Source: an uncultured Verrucomicrobiae bacterium
GTDB taxonomy: Bacteria; Verrucomicrobiota; Verrucomicrobiia; Chthoniobacterales; JAFAMB01
Direction: 5' to 3'
Length of the DNA: 64,000 nt
Assembly: GCA_963762565.1 (NCBI GenBank)
Contig: CAVXLD010000011.1
Location: 1 to 64,000 of the forward strand
Position 1 is the first letter of the stretch, and each line of letters begins with the position of its first letter. A model generated the notes under the pieces. That model did not search any database, was not told the DNA's origin, and was given only the letters and a program-made list of their open reading frames with translations. The translations under genes and the position numbers were made by a program. Positions 37,490 to 47,047 of the stretch are shown piece by piece.

Positions 37490-38965
37490 ATGCCCTTCCT
37501 CTCGGTCTCAAAAATTACTAAATACTTCCCGGGTGTTCGGGCGTTAGACGACGTCTCTGTTGATTTTGAGAAAGGGACAGTTCACGCGTTAATGGGTGAG
37601 AATGGTGCCGGCAAGAGTACGCTCGGCAAAATCATTGCCGGGATTTATACGGCGGACCAAGGAACTATCCATATCGAAGGAGAAGAGGTCCGGCCGACGG
37701 ATCCATTGACTGCCCAAAAGCTAGGTATCGCCATCGTCCATCAGGAACTAGCATTCTGCCCAAACTTAAGCGTGGCCGAGAATCTACAACTCGGGACGAT
37801 GCCGACCAGTAGAGGGTTTGTACGGCGAGACCGCTTACGGGAGCGGGCTCGAGAATTGATGCATGAAATCGGAGTCGATATGGATGTTACCACCCCGGTT
37901 GCGCAGCTCACGACTGGCCAAGAACAAATGGTACAGATTGCGGCGGCAGTCGGCGTGAACGCGCGGATTATTATTTTCGACGAACCAACCAGCTCGCTTT
38001 CAGTTCACGAGAGTGAGCAACTGTTTAGTCTGATGCGACGCCTGAAGGCGCGAGGCGCTACGTTGATCTACGTCTCGCATCGGATGGAGGAAATCTTTCA
38101 GTTAGCCGATACCGTAACCGTGCTACGGGATGGACAGCATGTGGCCACAGAACCTGTCACTAACCTGAGCCGGGAAAAACTGATTCGCCAAATGGTCGGA
38201 CGCGATGTGCTGGCTCATCGTCCAAACCACCTGGATCTTGCCCCGGGAGAGGAGATCCTGCGAATTGAGCACCTTTCGTCCATTGGGCAGTTTGAAAACG
38301 TTGGTTTCTCGGTGCGTCGCAACGAAATCGTCGGTATGGCCGGTCTAGTGGGAGCCGGCCGGACGGCGGTGGCCAAAGCGATTTTCGGATTGGATAAACG
38401 GGCGACAGGCCAGGTCTTTATCAAAGGTAACCCGGTTGCTTTAGGTAATGTTAATCGGTCGATGAAGAACCGCATCGGCTATCTCCCTGAGGACCGAAAG
38501 AAAGAGGGATTAGTATTGTCCTTGAATATCTCGGACAACGTCTCGTTGCCGCACATCGACACATTTAGCCGGTTTGGATTTGTGGATCATCGTCGAGAGC
38601 TTCAGGAGGTTGAGCGACTAACAAAACGGCTAAGGGTCAAGGCGCCCTCGATCGATTCCATTACAGCCGGCCTCAGCGGTGGCAATCAACAAAAGGTGGC
38701 GATTGCAAAATGGTTGGCGCGAAGTTGCGACCTTCTGATCGTGGATGAGCCGACCAGAGGAGTCGATGTCGGCGCCAAGGCTGAGATCTATCAATTGCTG
38801 GATGAAGTGACCTGCCAAGGGCTAGCCGTTCTCATGATTTCTTCTGAGTTACCCGAGTTACTCAGCTTGAGCCGCCGAATCATCGTCATGCGCGAAGGTT
38901 ACGTAACCGGCGAACTAGCCCATGAGCAGTTTTCGCAGGAAAACGTCCTCAATTTGATGGCGTAG
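37490..38965 (+). CDS. Monosaccharide ABC ATP-binding protein (RbsA family)
   Basis: Two NBDs with GENGAGKST, LSGGNQQK and DEPTRGVDVGAK. Confidence 0.93.
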   Translation: MPFLSVSKITKYFPGVRALDDVSVDFEKGTVHALMGENGAGKSTLGKIIAGIYTADQGTIHIEGEEVRPTDPLTAQKLGIAIVHQELAFCPNLSVAENLQLGTMPTSRGFVRRDRLRERARELMHEIGVDMDVTTPVAQLTTGQEQMVQIAAAVGVNARIIIFDEPTSSLSVHESEQLFSLMRRLKARGATLIYVSHRMEEIFQLADTVTVLRDGQHVATEPVTNLSREKLIRQMVGRDVLAHRPNHLDLAPGEEILRIEHLSSIGQFENVGFSVRRNEIVGMAGLVGAGRTAVAKAIFGLDKRATGQVFIKGNPVALGNVNRSMKNRIGYLPEDRKKEGLVLSLNISDNVSLPHIDTFSRFGFVDHRRELQEVERLTKRLRVKAPSIDSITAGLSGGNQQKVAIAKWLARSCDLLIVDEPTRGVDVGAKAEIYQLLDEVTCQGLAVLMISSELPELLSLSRRIIVMREGYVTGELAHEQFSQENVLNLMA

Positions 38966-39265
38966 TTTGGTGGGGCGAGGCTCCTGAATTCCTTGGTAGG
39001 GCGAGGCTCCCGATTGTACTGACACGGTTCGCAGCGTCGCACCGCTTATCCGATCGCCGGTCGCGCTATTTCGAGCGACCGCCGAGCCGTCGCCCAGCGC
39101 GTGCCATGTTCCTCGGTCAAACATGCTGCCACGTCGAGGAAGCGGCTCGGCGATCTCTTCGGCGTTATACACGACAAGGCTATTCAAGCCGCCGTTCTCT
39201 GCGAACTCTGTCAGGCCATTCGGGAGCCTCGCCCTACCAATGCACTGGAGCCTCGCCCTACCAAA
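38966..39265. repeat. REP-like element with doubled ends
   Basis: Two TGGTRGGGCGAGGCTCC units on the left and two GGAGCCTCGCCCTACCAA units on the right; fills the gap exactly from stop to stop. Confidence 0.9.
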
Positions 39266-40492
39266 TCAGCGCCGCAACAATCGCTTCCTCAACAAATCTA
39301 ACGCCGACTGTGTTACCATCTGCTTAAACGTCGCCCGATCTGTCGGAAAAAATAGGCTTTCGACCTGCGACGGTCCGTCAGCCGCTGCCAGTCCAACGAA
39401 TACCGTGCCAACTGGCTTCTCCGGTGTCCCGCCGTCCGGTCCAGCAATGCCGGTTGTCGACAAAGCATAGGTCGTACCGGCGCGAGCTCGAGCGCCTTCG
39501 GCCATGGCTAAAGCCACCTCTTTGCTGACCGCGCCCACCCGATTCAAGAGCTCCGTTGAGACGCCCAGGGTACGAGTTTTTGCGGCATTCGAGTAGGTCA
39601 CATTCCCTTCCAGAAACACCGCCGACGCTCCCGGAACATTCGTGAAGCGATTTGCCAGTAATCCACCCGTACACGATTCGGCCACGGCGATCGTTGCTCC
39701 TTGCTGTGAGAGCAGCCGTACCACAACCGCTTCTAATTCGCTTCCGTCCTCACTGACGATGTGGTCGGAAAGACGGGCCCGAACGATTTGGGTCCCGTGA
39801 AGCACGCTTTCCAAAGACCCAATCAGCCGAAGATCCAATTCACCGATTCGGGCGCAATAACCAAGCTCCAAACCTTCGATGGCGGCGAGATCTGCCCCAA
39901 TCAATTCCTGAGCAAGCGATTCACCTAGCCCCACCGTTTTAAACACAGCCGCCGTCAGATCGGTAGTTCCCACTAACGTTCGAATGAGCGGGCTTGCATA
40001 TCGGTCAAACATCGGGCGCAACTCTCGAGGTGGACCGGGCAAGAGTATCAGATGCGGCAGTTTTGCGGTGGCGGGAACATAAAGACCAGGCGCGGTACCA
40101 TGATCGTTCGGCAGAACCTGGGCGCCTTTCGGGACGTAAGCCTGTCGAGAGATAGGATCTGTCAGCCTCAACCCTCGTTTCTCAAATCTTTCTCTGATTT
40201 TAGCGAAGATCGTTTCGTCATGCTCCAAGGAGCGCCCAGTTAGCTCGGCTACTATTTCGCGGGTGACATCGTCGGTGGTAGGTCCGAGCCCTCCGGTGAT
40301 CAGAATCAATTGACACCGTGGCGCGGCTTCGAGAATTGCATCCCGGATAGCATTCCCATCGGGAACGGTCGTTTGGCGCGAGATCCTTAACCCCAGCGAG
40401 AACAGTTGTTGCCCGAGAAATGCGAGGTGCGTGTTCACCACCGAACCGAAAAGAAGCTCCGTGCCGGTATTGACTAGTTCGGTAGCCTGCAT
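39266..40492 (-). CDS. cinA: Competence/damage-inducible protein A (MoCF-like plus PncC)
   Basis: Motifs GTELLFG, GGLGPTTDDVT, AESCTGG, GAVS and TGIAGPDGG. Confidence 0.93.
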   Translation of the reverse strand: MQATELVNTGTELLFGSVVNTHLAFLGQQLFSLGLRISRQTTVPDGNAIRDAILEAAPRCQLILITGGLGPTTDDVTREIVAELTGRSLEHDETIFAKIRERFEKRGLRLTDPISRQAYVPKGAQVLPNDHGTAPGLYVPATAKLPHLILLPGPPRELRPMFDRYASPLIRTLVGTTDLTAAVFKTVGLGESLAQELIGADLAAIEGLELGYCARIGELDLRLIGSLESVLHGTQIVRARLSDHIVSEDGSELEAVVVRLLSQQGATIAVAESCTGGLLANRFTNVPGASAVFLEGNVTYSNAAKTRTLGVSTELLNRVGAVSKEVALAMAEGARARAGTTYALSTTGIAGPDGGTPEKPVGTVFVGLAAADGPSQVESLFFPTDRATFKQMVTQSALDLLRKRLLRR

Positions 40493-40573
40493 CGCTCACA
40501 AATGCGTCAGGCATTTGTGAGCGATGCAGGCTACGGCGATAGAATGACCCGGCTACGCCGGAACATTCTATCG
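40484..40573. repeat. AGCCTGC...GCAGGCT hairpin family, single unit
   Basis: Perfect 22-bp stem with a GTCAG loop, then a CCGGCTACGCCGG hairpin. Confidence 0.88.
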
Positions 40574-40616
40574 GCTTTTAGAGTAGAGAATCTGAAACAG
40601 TTCTTCATTTTCAGGC

Positions 40617-41441
40617 TCATGAGTCTTTAACCAATGATAACCAATTGGAGACCATGCCGCGGTATTCCTGATGTTCTTCGTGTTCTAGGATATAAAGCAG
40701 ATTGGAAAGGATATGGGCTAGGATCACTTTCGGTGAGACTACAGCCGAGATGGCAGCAACTGATTCATCCCTTTTGTCGCGCAGAGCTTTCAGACAATCT
40801 TGATAGCGCAAAATGCAGCCTCCTTCGAAAGGATCGAACAGTTGACCTTGATAACGCACCAGGAAATGCCCCGGTAAGTCCACTCCCGTAATGACGAGGC
40901 CGGCTCGCCTGCCAACAAAGAGATAAATCAGGGCTAATGATGTCGGTATACCTCGTCGCGAATCGATTACACAAGGCAGCAGCGAGTTCCGGATGCTATA
41001 ATAATCGTCGGAATTGCCGCGAAAGCCCAAGTAACTACCGAAAAAGTCAGTCAGAAATCCAGTCTGCTCAGCTTCAGAACTTAAATTCTCACTCCGGTGC
41101 CGCATTTCTGCAGCCCATTCGTCCAACAAACGCCGGTAACGGGACAAATCGATGCCCGGAAGGAAAACTTTGGCCAGCAGCCAGCAAATCTCCTCGAGAT
41201 CGTCCAGAGAAGAGATAGAAGCACAGGTTTTTGTGAATTGTTGGCGCGCGTCGGTGACCTCAATCTCTGTTACCAGCTCGCGAACGACTTTGGCTAGTTT
41301 TCCGCTCGTAGCGCCCATGAGATCAAGCAGGTCCGCAATATTCCTAGCTCCTCCTGCCAGGAGCTGCTGCTTAGTCAATTCGACCGTCGCCGGATCGTCA
41401 TCCAACAACAGCTTTGCGATAGCCTTATGCTGGGGGAACAT
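40617..41441 (-). CDS. SirB1 / transglutaminase-like protein
   Basis: Motifs LGFRGNSDDYY..NS, RRGIPTSL, LPGHFL and DPFEGG. Confidence 0.85.
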   Translation of the reverse strand: MFPQHKAIAKLLLDDDPATVELTKQQLLAGGARNIADLLDLMGATSGKLAKVVRELVTEIEVTDARQQFTKTCASISSLDDLEEICWLLAKVFLPGIDLSRYRRLLDEWAAEMRHRSENLSSEAEQTGFLTDFFGSYLGFRGNSDDYYSIRNSLLPCVIDSRRGIPTSLALIYLFVGRRAGLVITGVDLPGHFLVRYQGQLFDPFEGGCILRYQDCLKALRDKRDESVAAISAVVSPKVILAHILSNLLYILEHEEHQEYRGMVSNWLSLVKDS

Positions 41442-41448
41442 AGGAAAA

Positions 41449-41544
41449 CGGTTTGTGGTTAGCGGTTTGTAGTTTCCTGTTGCCGGTTTGCGGTCTTACC
41501 CACCAGTCACCAATCACTAATCACCTCTCACTTTTCACTCTCAC
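41449..41544. repeat. Chimeric heptamer bracket
   Basis: The left arm is made of GGTTTGY-like units; the right arm of YAATCAC/TCTCAC units. Confidence 0.7.
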
Positions 41545-41548
41545 GCCG

Positions 41549-41890
41549 TTATAGCGCGAGCTTAGGCGCGTCGCTCCATAAATTTTCCAAAGCATAAAAT
41601 TCACGTTTATCGCTGTGGAAAATATGCACTAACACGTCGGAATAATCGATTACGATCCACTGGCTATTTGGTGACCCCTCTGAGGCCAAAGGCGATAAGC
41701 CGTAGTCTTTGTGGAGGCCCTCCCGAATGCCCGAACTGACCGCCTTCAAATGTGGTTCGGATGTCGCCGAACAAATAACGAAATAGTCGGTGAAACTAGA
41801 AATGCCACGGAGGTCGAGAATAATGATATCCTCCGCCTTCTTATCTCCCGCCAGTTCCGCACACTGGCGCGCTAACTCCTCAGGGCCGAT
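41549..41890 (-). CDS. rsfS: Ribosome silencing factor RsfS (start codon non-canonical or frameshifted)
   Basis: Manual translation gives IGPEELARQCAELAGDKKAEDIIILDLRGISSFTDYFVICSATSEPHLKAV...WIVIDYSDVLVHIF..REFYALENLW; follows nadD. Confidence 0.9.
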   Translation of the reverse strand: MGPEELARQCAELAGDKKAEDIIILDLRGISSFTDYFVICSATSEPHLKAVSSGIREGLHKDYGLSPLASEGSPNSQWIVIDYSDVLVHIFHSDKREFYALENLWSDAPKLAL

Positions 41891-42453
41891 ACGCGCTCTC
41901 CATGGTAAAGTTGGTGCTGCTCAATGTAACGTTTAACCGACTCCGGAACCAAATAAGTGATCGATTCCTGGTTCGCAACTCGGTTTCTGATCTCGGTCGA
42001 TGAGATTTCTATCCTGCGCTGCACCACTGGATATTCGGGAGACTGAAAGTCTTCGGAGCGACTGAGAACCACAAAACAGACAAGTTTTTTGAGTTCTTCG
42101 AAGCGGTGCCATTCGGTGAAGCGGTCAGCATTGTCTTCTCCGACCAGGAAGAAAAGTTCTGCTTTTGGATCCCGGCTGCGGAACATTTTGATGGTGTCGA
42201 TGGAATAAGAAATTCCACCCCGCTCGATCTCAACTGGGTCGACTGAGAAACAGTTCTCATCGGCAATGGCCAAGCTGAGCATGGCCAACCGATCGGCGGC
42301 GGGCACGGTATGATTGTGGATCTTGAACGGGGATTCAGCCGCCGGAACAAAAATGACCCGATCCAGTTTGAACTCCTCTAAAGCCTGCCGGGCTAAGATC
42401 AAATGCCCGTGGTGAACCGGGTCAAAAGTGCCACCGTAAATCCCGATCCTCAT
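41872..42453 (-). CDS. nadD: Nicotinate-nucleotide adenylyltransferase
   Basis: Motifs GGTFDPVHHGH, SYSIDT and ISSTEIR. Confidence 0.96.
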   Translation of the reverse strand: MRIGIYGGTFDPVHHGHLILARQALEEFKLDRVIFVPAAESPFKIHNHTVPAADRLAMLSLAIADENCFSVDPVEIERGGISYSIDTIKMFRSRDPKAELFFLVGEDNADRFTEWHRFEELKKLVCFVVLSRSEDFQSPEYPVVQRRIEISSTEIRNRVANQESITYLVPESVKRYIEQHQLYHGERVSALRS

Positions 42454-42489
42454 ATACCAACACGGTCAGCGCCGCCAAGAGCAGAGGAA

Positions 42490-42623
42490 TAGCCGCGAAA
42501 GAACACAAAGAACGCAAAAAATAGGGAAGCGGAAGAGGGTACATTTACTGTCGGGCTCTTAATCAACCTCATCTGAAATTGTTTCCTGTCTATTTTTGCG
42601 ATCTTTGTGCTCTTTTGCGGCTA
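42490..42623. repeat. TAGCCGC-AAAGAACRC / GYGNTCTTT-GCGGCTA bracket
   Basis: Inverted 9-mer arms; a related bracket lies at 50714-51118. Confidence 0.8.
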
Positions 42624-42917
42624 GTGTCCTGTTCCATAAATAACGTGGCTTTCGTTGCGATCAAAATGGGCCGCCGGCAAGGCGGTCCGAGCCGGACTGG
42701 CGGTAAGAGGGCGCATATCTACATCGATACGTAACCGACGAGCAACGCAGCCGCCGGCCCATTTTCATCGCAACCCTCCGGGCCGTGGCCAGTTGGCTGT
42801 TTTTCCACGTTGCTCGCTCGACCCGTATGAACCAGATATGGGCGCTTCGCTCGCGCCTTGAAAAACAGCTAACTGACCGACGGCGAAAGCCACGTTATTT
42901 ATGGGACAGGGCACTTG
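42621..42917. mobile_element. MITE-like element
   Basis: 34-bp terminal inverted repeats (CTAGTGTCCTGTTCCATAAATAACGTGGCTTTCG, 3 mismatches) and no transposase. Confidence 0.75.
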
Positions 42918-42977
42918 TAATCAGTTTTTTTCTAATGGTCAACGCTCGGCGTTCCCGTATCATTCTCCCCCAAGCGT

Positions 42978-44078
42978 ATGGAACGAAACCGTTTGGGTCA
43001 ACTGCTGCTGGTGGGAGTTCCCACGCCGGAGCTGGATGTCGAAACTGCAAAACTATTTCGTCGAATTCAGCCGGGTGGCTTTGTTTTGTTTGGGCGAAAC
43101 GTGAAATCCGCCAAGCAGCTAAGACAGTTGGTGGATGATTTACGAGATTTGAGCGAAGAGGAACCAATCGTCGCCATCGACCAGGAAGGTGGCCGGGTTT
43201 CGCGTCTGAAAATGATCGGGAACGAGCCGCCGAACGCCCAGCAGTTGCGAGACAAAGGCGACCAGTCGCTCATCCGGACTCATGGCGAACTTACTGGAGA
43301 GTTGCTGCGGCTGTTCGGTTTTAATCTCGACCTCTGCCCTGTGCTCGATATCTCGTTTGACGATGAGGCTGACAATTCGCTGCGGGGCCGTTGTTGGGGA
43401 ACCAGTGTTCCCCAGGTCGTCCGCTTTGCCGGGATCTTCAACCAAGCCCTGCTTTCAACGGGTGTCCTGAGTTGCGGCAAGCATTTTCCCGGTTACGCGG
43501 CAGCGGCGCTTGATCCTCACCATGATTTGCCAAGAATCGACCGATCCAAAGCTGAGCTCGAGGAATGCGAGCTAGCAATTTTCCGGGCATTCCGAGATCA
43601 GATCAGCAGCATGATGGTTGGGCACGCCTGGTACAGCGCATTCGATTCAGAAAAAATGCCGGCTTCCCTCTCAGTCAACGTGATTACCAGGCTTCTTAAG
43701 GAGGATCTGGGATTCGAGGGGTTAACGATGACGGACGACCTGGATATGGGCGCAATCATCAATGAATTGGGGTTCGCAGAAACGATTTCGCGTGCAATGG
43801 CAGCCGGCAACGACATTGCGATGATCTGCCATCGGGTTGCCATGGCCGAAGAAGCCATGACAATTCTGGGTCAACTCGACCGCTCACTGATTGATCGCGC
43901 CTTAGCCGCAGTGGCTGGTTTCAAGAGGGCGCTAGTATCACCCGCGATCTTCTCGGAAACGCGGTTTCATGAGCTCGACCAACAAGTCTGGAATCTGAGA
44001 GTCGCAACGCTCGGAGAAGAAAAGGCCGCCCAGCGCAGCCCCGACGACGGTAAACGATCTCCGGTAGAGGTGTATTAG
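42978..44078 (+). CDS. nagZ: GH3 beta-N-acetylhexosaminidase
   Basis: Motifs DQEGGRVSR, KHFPG..A..DPHH and TDDLDMGA. Confidence 0.85.
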   Translation: MERNRLGQLLLVGVPTPELDVETAKLFRRIQPGGFVLFGRNVKSAKQLRQLVDDLRDLSEEEPIVAIDQEGGRVSRLKMIGNEPPNAQQLRDKGDQSLIRTHGELTGELLRLFGFNLDLCPVLDISFDDEADNSLRGRCWGTSVPQVVRFAGIFNQALLSTGVLSCGKHFPGYAAAALDPHHDLPRIDRSKAELEECELAIFRAFRDQISSMMVGHAWYSAFDSEKMPASLSVNVITRLLKEDLGFEGLTMTDDLDMGAIINELGFAETISRAMAAGNDIAMICHRVAMAEEAMTILGQLDRSLIDRALAAVAGFKRALVSPAIFSETRFHELDQQVWNLRVATLGEEKAAQRSPDDGKRSPVEVY

Positions 44079-44218
44079 CGTTTGGCGTTCGGCGTTCGGC
44101 GGAGCAGTGCCCGTTGCCTCCCTCGTCCACTCAGTCCTATAGGGCCTATCAGTCCCTACAGGTCCCATTCGTTGCCAGCCCCCTAGCGCGTTTCCCGCCG
44201 AACGCCAAACGCCAAACC
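44078..44218. repeat. GGCGTTY / RAACGCC bracket
   Basis: Starts at the nagZ stop; the interior has GTCCYAT 9-mers. Confidence 0.85.
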
Positions 44219-44278
44219 GCGAACTGCTAGCCACCAATCCTTGAACTACGGTCATCAATACCTATTATATAGGCAAGG

Positions 44279-44977
44279 ATGCTGCCTGAAATCGAACTGT
44301 TGTTGGCCGTTCAGGATCACGATACAAACATCAAAGCGCTGGAAAACGAGCTCCAAACGCTTCCATTCGAACGAACCCGATTGGAAAAAGCGATTGAGGA
44401 TCGCACCGCATCTTTAGAACGCAGCCGGCAGCGGGCAAAAGAGATTGAGGTCGAACGAAAGAAGCTTGAGCTGGACGCTAGCACCCGTCGCGACCAGATC
44501 GCCAAATATAAGACGCAACAGTATCAGACTCGAAAAAACGACGAATTCCAGGCTCTGGGCAACGAGATTGCAGGCCTAGAAAAAGAAATCAACCAAATCG
44601 AAGATCACGAAATCGATCTCATGGAGCAGGCCGAGAACGCCGGCCGGGAAATCAAACGCGCTGAATCCGATTTCAAGGTCGAGCAGGCCCAACTCCAACA
44701 ACAACTCGCCTCCCTAAAACAGAAGGGTGAGCTTCTGACCAAGGCGCTCGAGGAAACCAAGACGGCCCGAGCAAAAGCGGCAGCCGCGTTTACCGATCCG
44801 GAGCTGCTGTCGCGTTACGAGCGCATTTTCCATTCCAAAGGCGGCAACGCAGTGGTGCCGATCGAGCACGAAGTTTGCATGGGTTGCCACATGAAGAACA
44901 CCACCACAAATGTTCATCGCGCAAAACTGGCCCGGGAGATAGTTTACTGCGAGCAATGTGGCCGGATGCTCTATTGA
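44279..44977 (+). CDS. Coiled-coil protein with C4 zinc ribbon (DUF164 family)
   Basis: Long coiled coil ending in CMGCH...CEQCGRMLY. Confidence 0.9.
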   Translation: MLPEIELLLAVQDHDTNIKALENELQTLPFERTRLEKAIEDRTASLERSRQRAKEIEVERKKLELDASTRRDQIAKYKTQQYQTRKNDEFQALGNEIAGLEKEINQIEDHEIDLMEQAENAGREIKRAESDFKVEQAQLQQQLASLKQKGELLTKALEETKTARAKAAAAFTDPELLSRYERIFHSKGGNAVVPIEHEVCMGCHMKNTTTNVHRAKLAREIVYCEQCGRMLY

Positions 44978-44990
44978 TACCTGATACCCA

Positions 44991-45605
44991 ATGTCTCAAC
45001 CGCCCCAACGCAGCGGATGCGGCTGCTGCGGTTGCCTCGGCTGCTTAGGTACGGTTGTATTGGTCCTGGTGCTCGTGGTAGCCGCGGTGGTTTTCCTTTT
45101 GTACCAGACCGCTACGAGTGATCGTCCAGCCAGGCCGCCGGCCTGGGCGGCAAATCCGCAGCTCTACAGCTCAGCGCGGAAAAAATGGGACGATTTCGGT
45201 CGGGATAACTCTGTTCGTGCCCTGACTCTCTCCGATGCGGAGATCAATTCGCTGCTCGCGAAAGCGCCCGAACTCGGCTTCCTCGCCGGAGGGGCCACCG
45301 TGACCTCGCGCGAAAACGGAATTCAGCTGCAGCTTAGTGTGCCGGTGAAAATTATCCCGTTTTATACAAAATATATTAACGCCGATGTTTTCCTGCGTCC
45401 GATCATCACCGGAGAAAACGTAGACCTCAATGTCTATGGAGTCGACGCAGACGGGCGTCCGCTGGATGCAGCCTCCCTACAACGCTTCAAATCTCAGGCC
45501 CAGCCCGCCATTAACATGTTTCTCACCGGCGCGAACCAATTCGAAGGTCCTCGCGCGATCCACGAGATCCGGCTCCAAAGCGGATCAATCGTGTTGTTGA
45601 GGTAG
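44991..45605 (+). CDS. Membrane-anchored hypothetical protein
   Basis: GCGCCGCLGC precedes a single TM helix; 13 nt after the previous gene. Confidence 0.75.
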   Translation: MSQPPQRSGCGCCGCLGCLGTVVLVLVLVVAAVVFLLYQTATSDRPARPPAWAANPQLYSSARKKWDDFGRDNSVRALTLSDAEINSLLAKAPELGFLAGGATVTSRENGIQLQLSVPVKIIPFYTKYINADVFLRPIITGENVDLNVYGVDADGRPLDAASLQRFKSQAQPAINMFLTGANQFEGPRAIHEIRLQSGSIVLLR

Positions 45606-45607
45606 AT

Positions 45608-45837
45608 TTGGTAGGGCGAGGCTCCAAAAACGTGCCCTGTCGGTGGCAAATTGACAATCAGGTGGGGACCTTGCTTCAGGTGTAGCAGCATGGCCGAGCC
45701 GCTGCCTTGCGCCACCCCCGGCTCGGCCATGTTGCATCACTCGCTGGGAAGAGCCCATATCCGGCAGCCTAATTGGCCAGGGATTGGACACGTCTTGGAG
45801 CCTCGCCCTACCAACTCCTTGAACTTCTAGAACTCCT
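45608..45837. repeat. REP-like doublet plus a TTGAACTYC right arm
   Basis: TTGGTAGGGCGAGGCTCCAA ... TTGGAGCCTCGCCCTACCAA with an inner GCCGAGCCG / CGGCTCGGC pair. Confidence 0.85.
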
Positions 45838-45853
45838 GCCTTATCCCGCTTCA

Positions 45854-47011
45854 GTGGCGACCCAACGCAAGACAAAGAGCCAGCCTGGTCCAAATATCCG
45901 GTTTTTCGCGGTAGTCGGCTCCGACGAGGGGGCGGTGAAAAAGCGGGCTCACGAACTGGGTAAGGAGCTCGCTCCAAAAGACGCAGGTGATTTTGGCGTC
46001 GATCTTCTAGATGGCGCCGTTGAAAATGTGGACCAGGCTGTAAGCCGGATCCACGAGACCGTCCAGGCTATCCAGACCTTGCCATTCTTCGGCTCAGAAA
46101 AACTGGTTTGGCTAAAGGATGTGAATTTCCTGAGCGATTCGCAGGTCGGCCGGTCCGCCCAGGTACAAGCCGCCTTGGAATACTTGAAAGAGCTTCTAAA
46201 CGATGGTTTGCCTGCGGATGTAACCGTCTTGTTGAGCGCAACCGACGTTGATAAACGGCGCGCTTTTTATAAGGCGATCTCTAAGCTCGGGCGATTCGAG
46301 CAGTTTGATCGTATCGACACGAGTAAGTCCGGTTGGGAAGAAGCGGTCGAGGGATTAGCTCAACATATGGCTGGTGAGCGAGGACTCAGATTCGAGGCAG
46401 AGGCGCTGGAGGCTTTTGCTAGACTGGCGGGAGCGGATTCGCGGCAGATCGAGAACGAAATCGAGAAGATCGATCTGTTTCTCGGCGACGACCTCCCAAC
46501 ATCTTCGCAACCTCGGCAGACCAGAGACATCAGCCTTGAGGTCGTTCGCCGGCTGGTCGCAAAGACGGCAACCGGGGTGATCTGGGAGTTAGGTAATGCT
46601 ATTGCCCGCCGGAACCTGCGTGAAGCTTTGGATTTGCTGCAACAACTTCTGTTTCAAGGGGAAACAGCGATGGGTATTCTGTTTGCCGCGATTATTCCAA
46701 CCATGCGGAATCTTCTGGCAGCAAAGGAACTATGCCTGAGCAACGGATTAAGACCGCCGCAAGCCCCGTTCCAGTTCGGGCCCATGATCAACCGGCTCCC
46801 GGAATCATCCGTCGCCTTTCTTCCCAGGAAAAAAGACGGAAACATTAACACCTATGCTTTGGGATTAGCGGCCTGCGAGATTCATCGGTTTTCTATCGAG
46901 GAACTCCAACAAGGATTAAAAGATTGCCTCGCGGCTAATATCCGCCTGGTGACCACTCAGCTGGAGCCAAAGCTGATCCTCAGCGACCTTTTAGTGAAGC
47001 TCCTGGCCTGA
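45854..47011 (+). CDS. holA: DNA polymerase III subunit delta
   Basis: Motifs TLPFFG..KLVW, DKRR.FYK, NEIEKIDLF and IWELGNAI; the GTG start is inferred. Confidence 0.88.
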   Translation: MATQRKTKSQPGPNIRFFAVVGSDEGAVKKRAHELGKELAPKDAGDFGVDLLDGAVENVDQAVSRIHETVQAIQTLPFFGSEKLVWLKDVNFLSDSQVGRSAQVQAALEYLKELLNDGLPADVTVLLSATDVDKRRAFYKAISKLGRFEQFDRIDTSKSGWEEAVEGLAQHMAGERGLRFEAEALEAFARLAGADSRQIENEIEKIDLFLGDDLPTSSQPRQTRDISLEVVRRLVAKTATGVIWELGNAIARRNLREALDLLQQLLFQGETAMGILFAAIIPTMRNLLAAKELCLSNGLRPPQAPFQFGPMINRLPESSVAFLPRKKDGNINTYALGLAACEIHRFSIEELQQGLKDCLAANIRLVTTQLEPKLILSDLLVKLLA

Positions 47012-47047
47012 GAAGCGGACTTCGTTTTCGAATTGAACACGGCCCAT

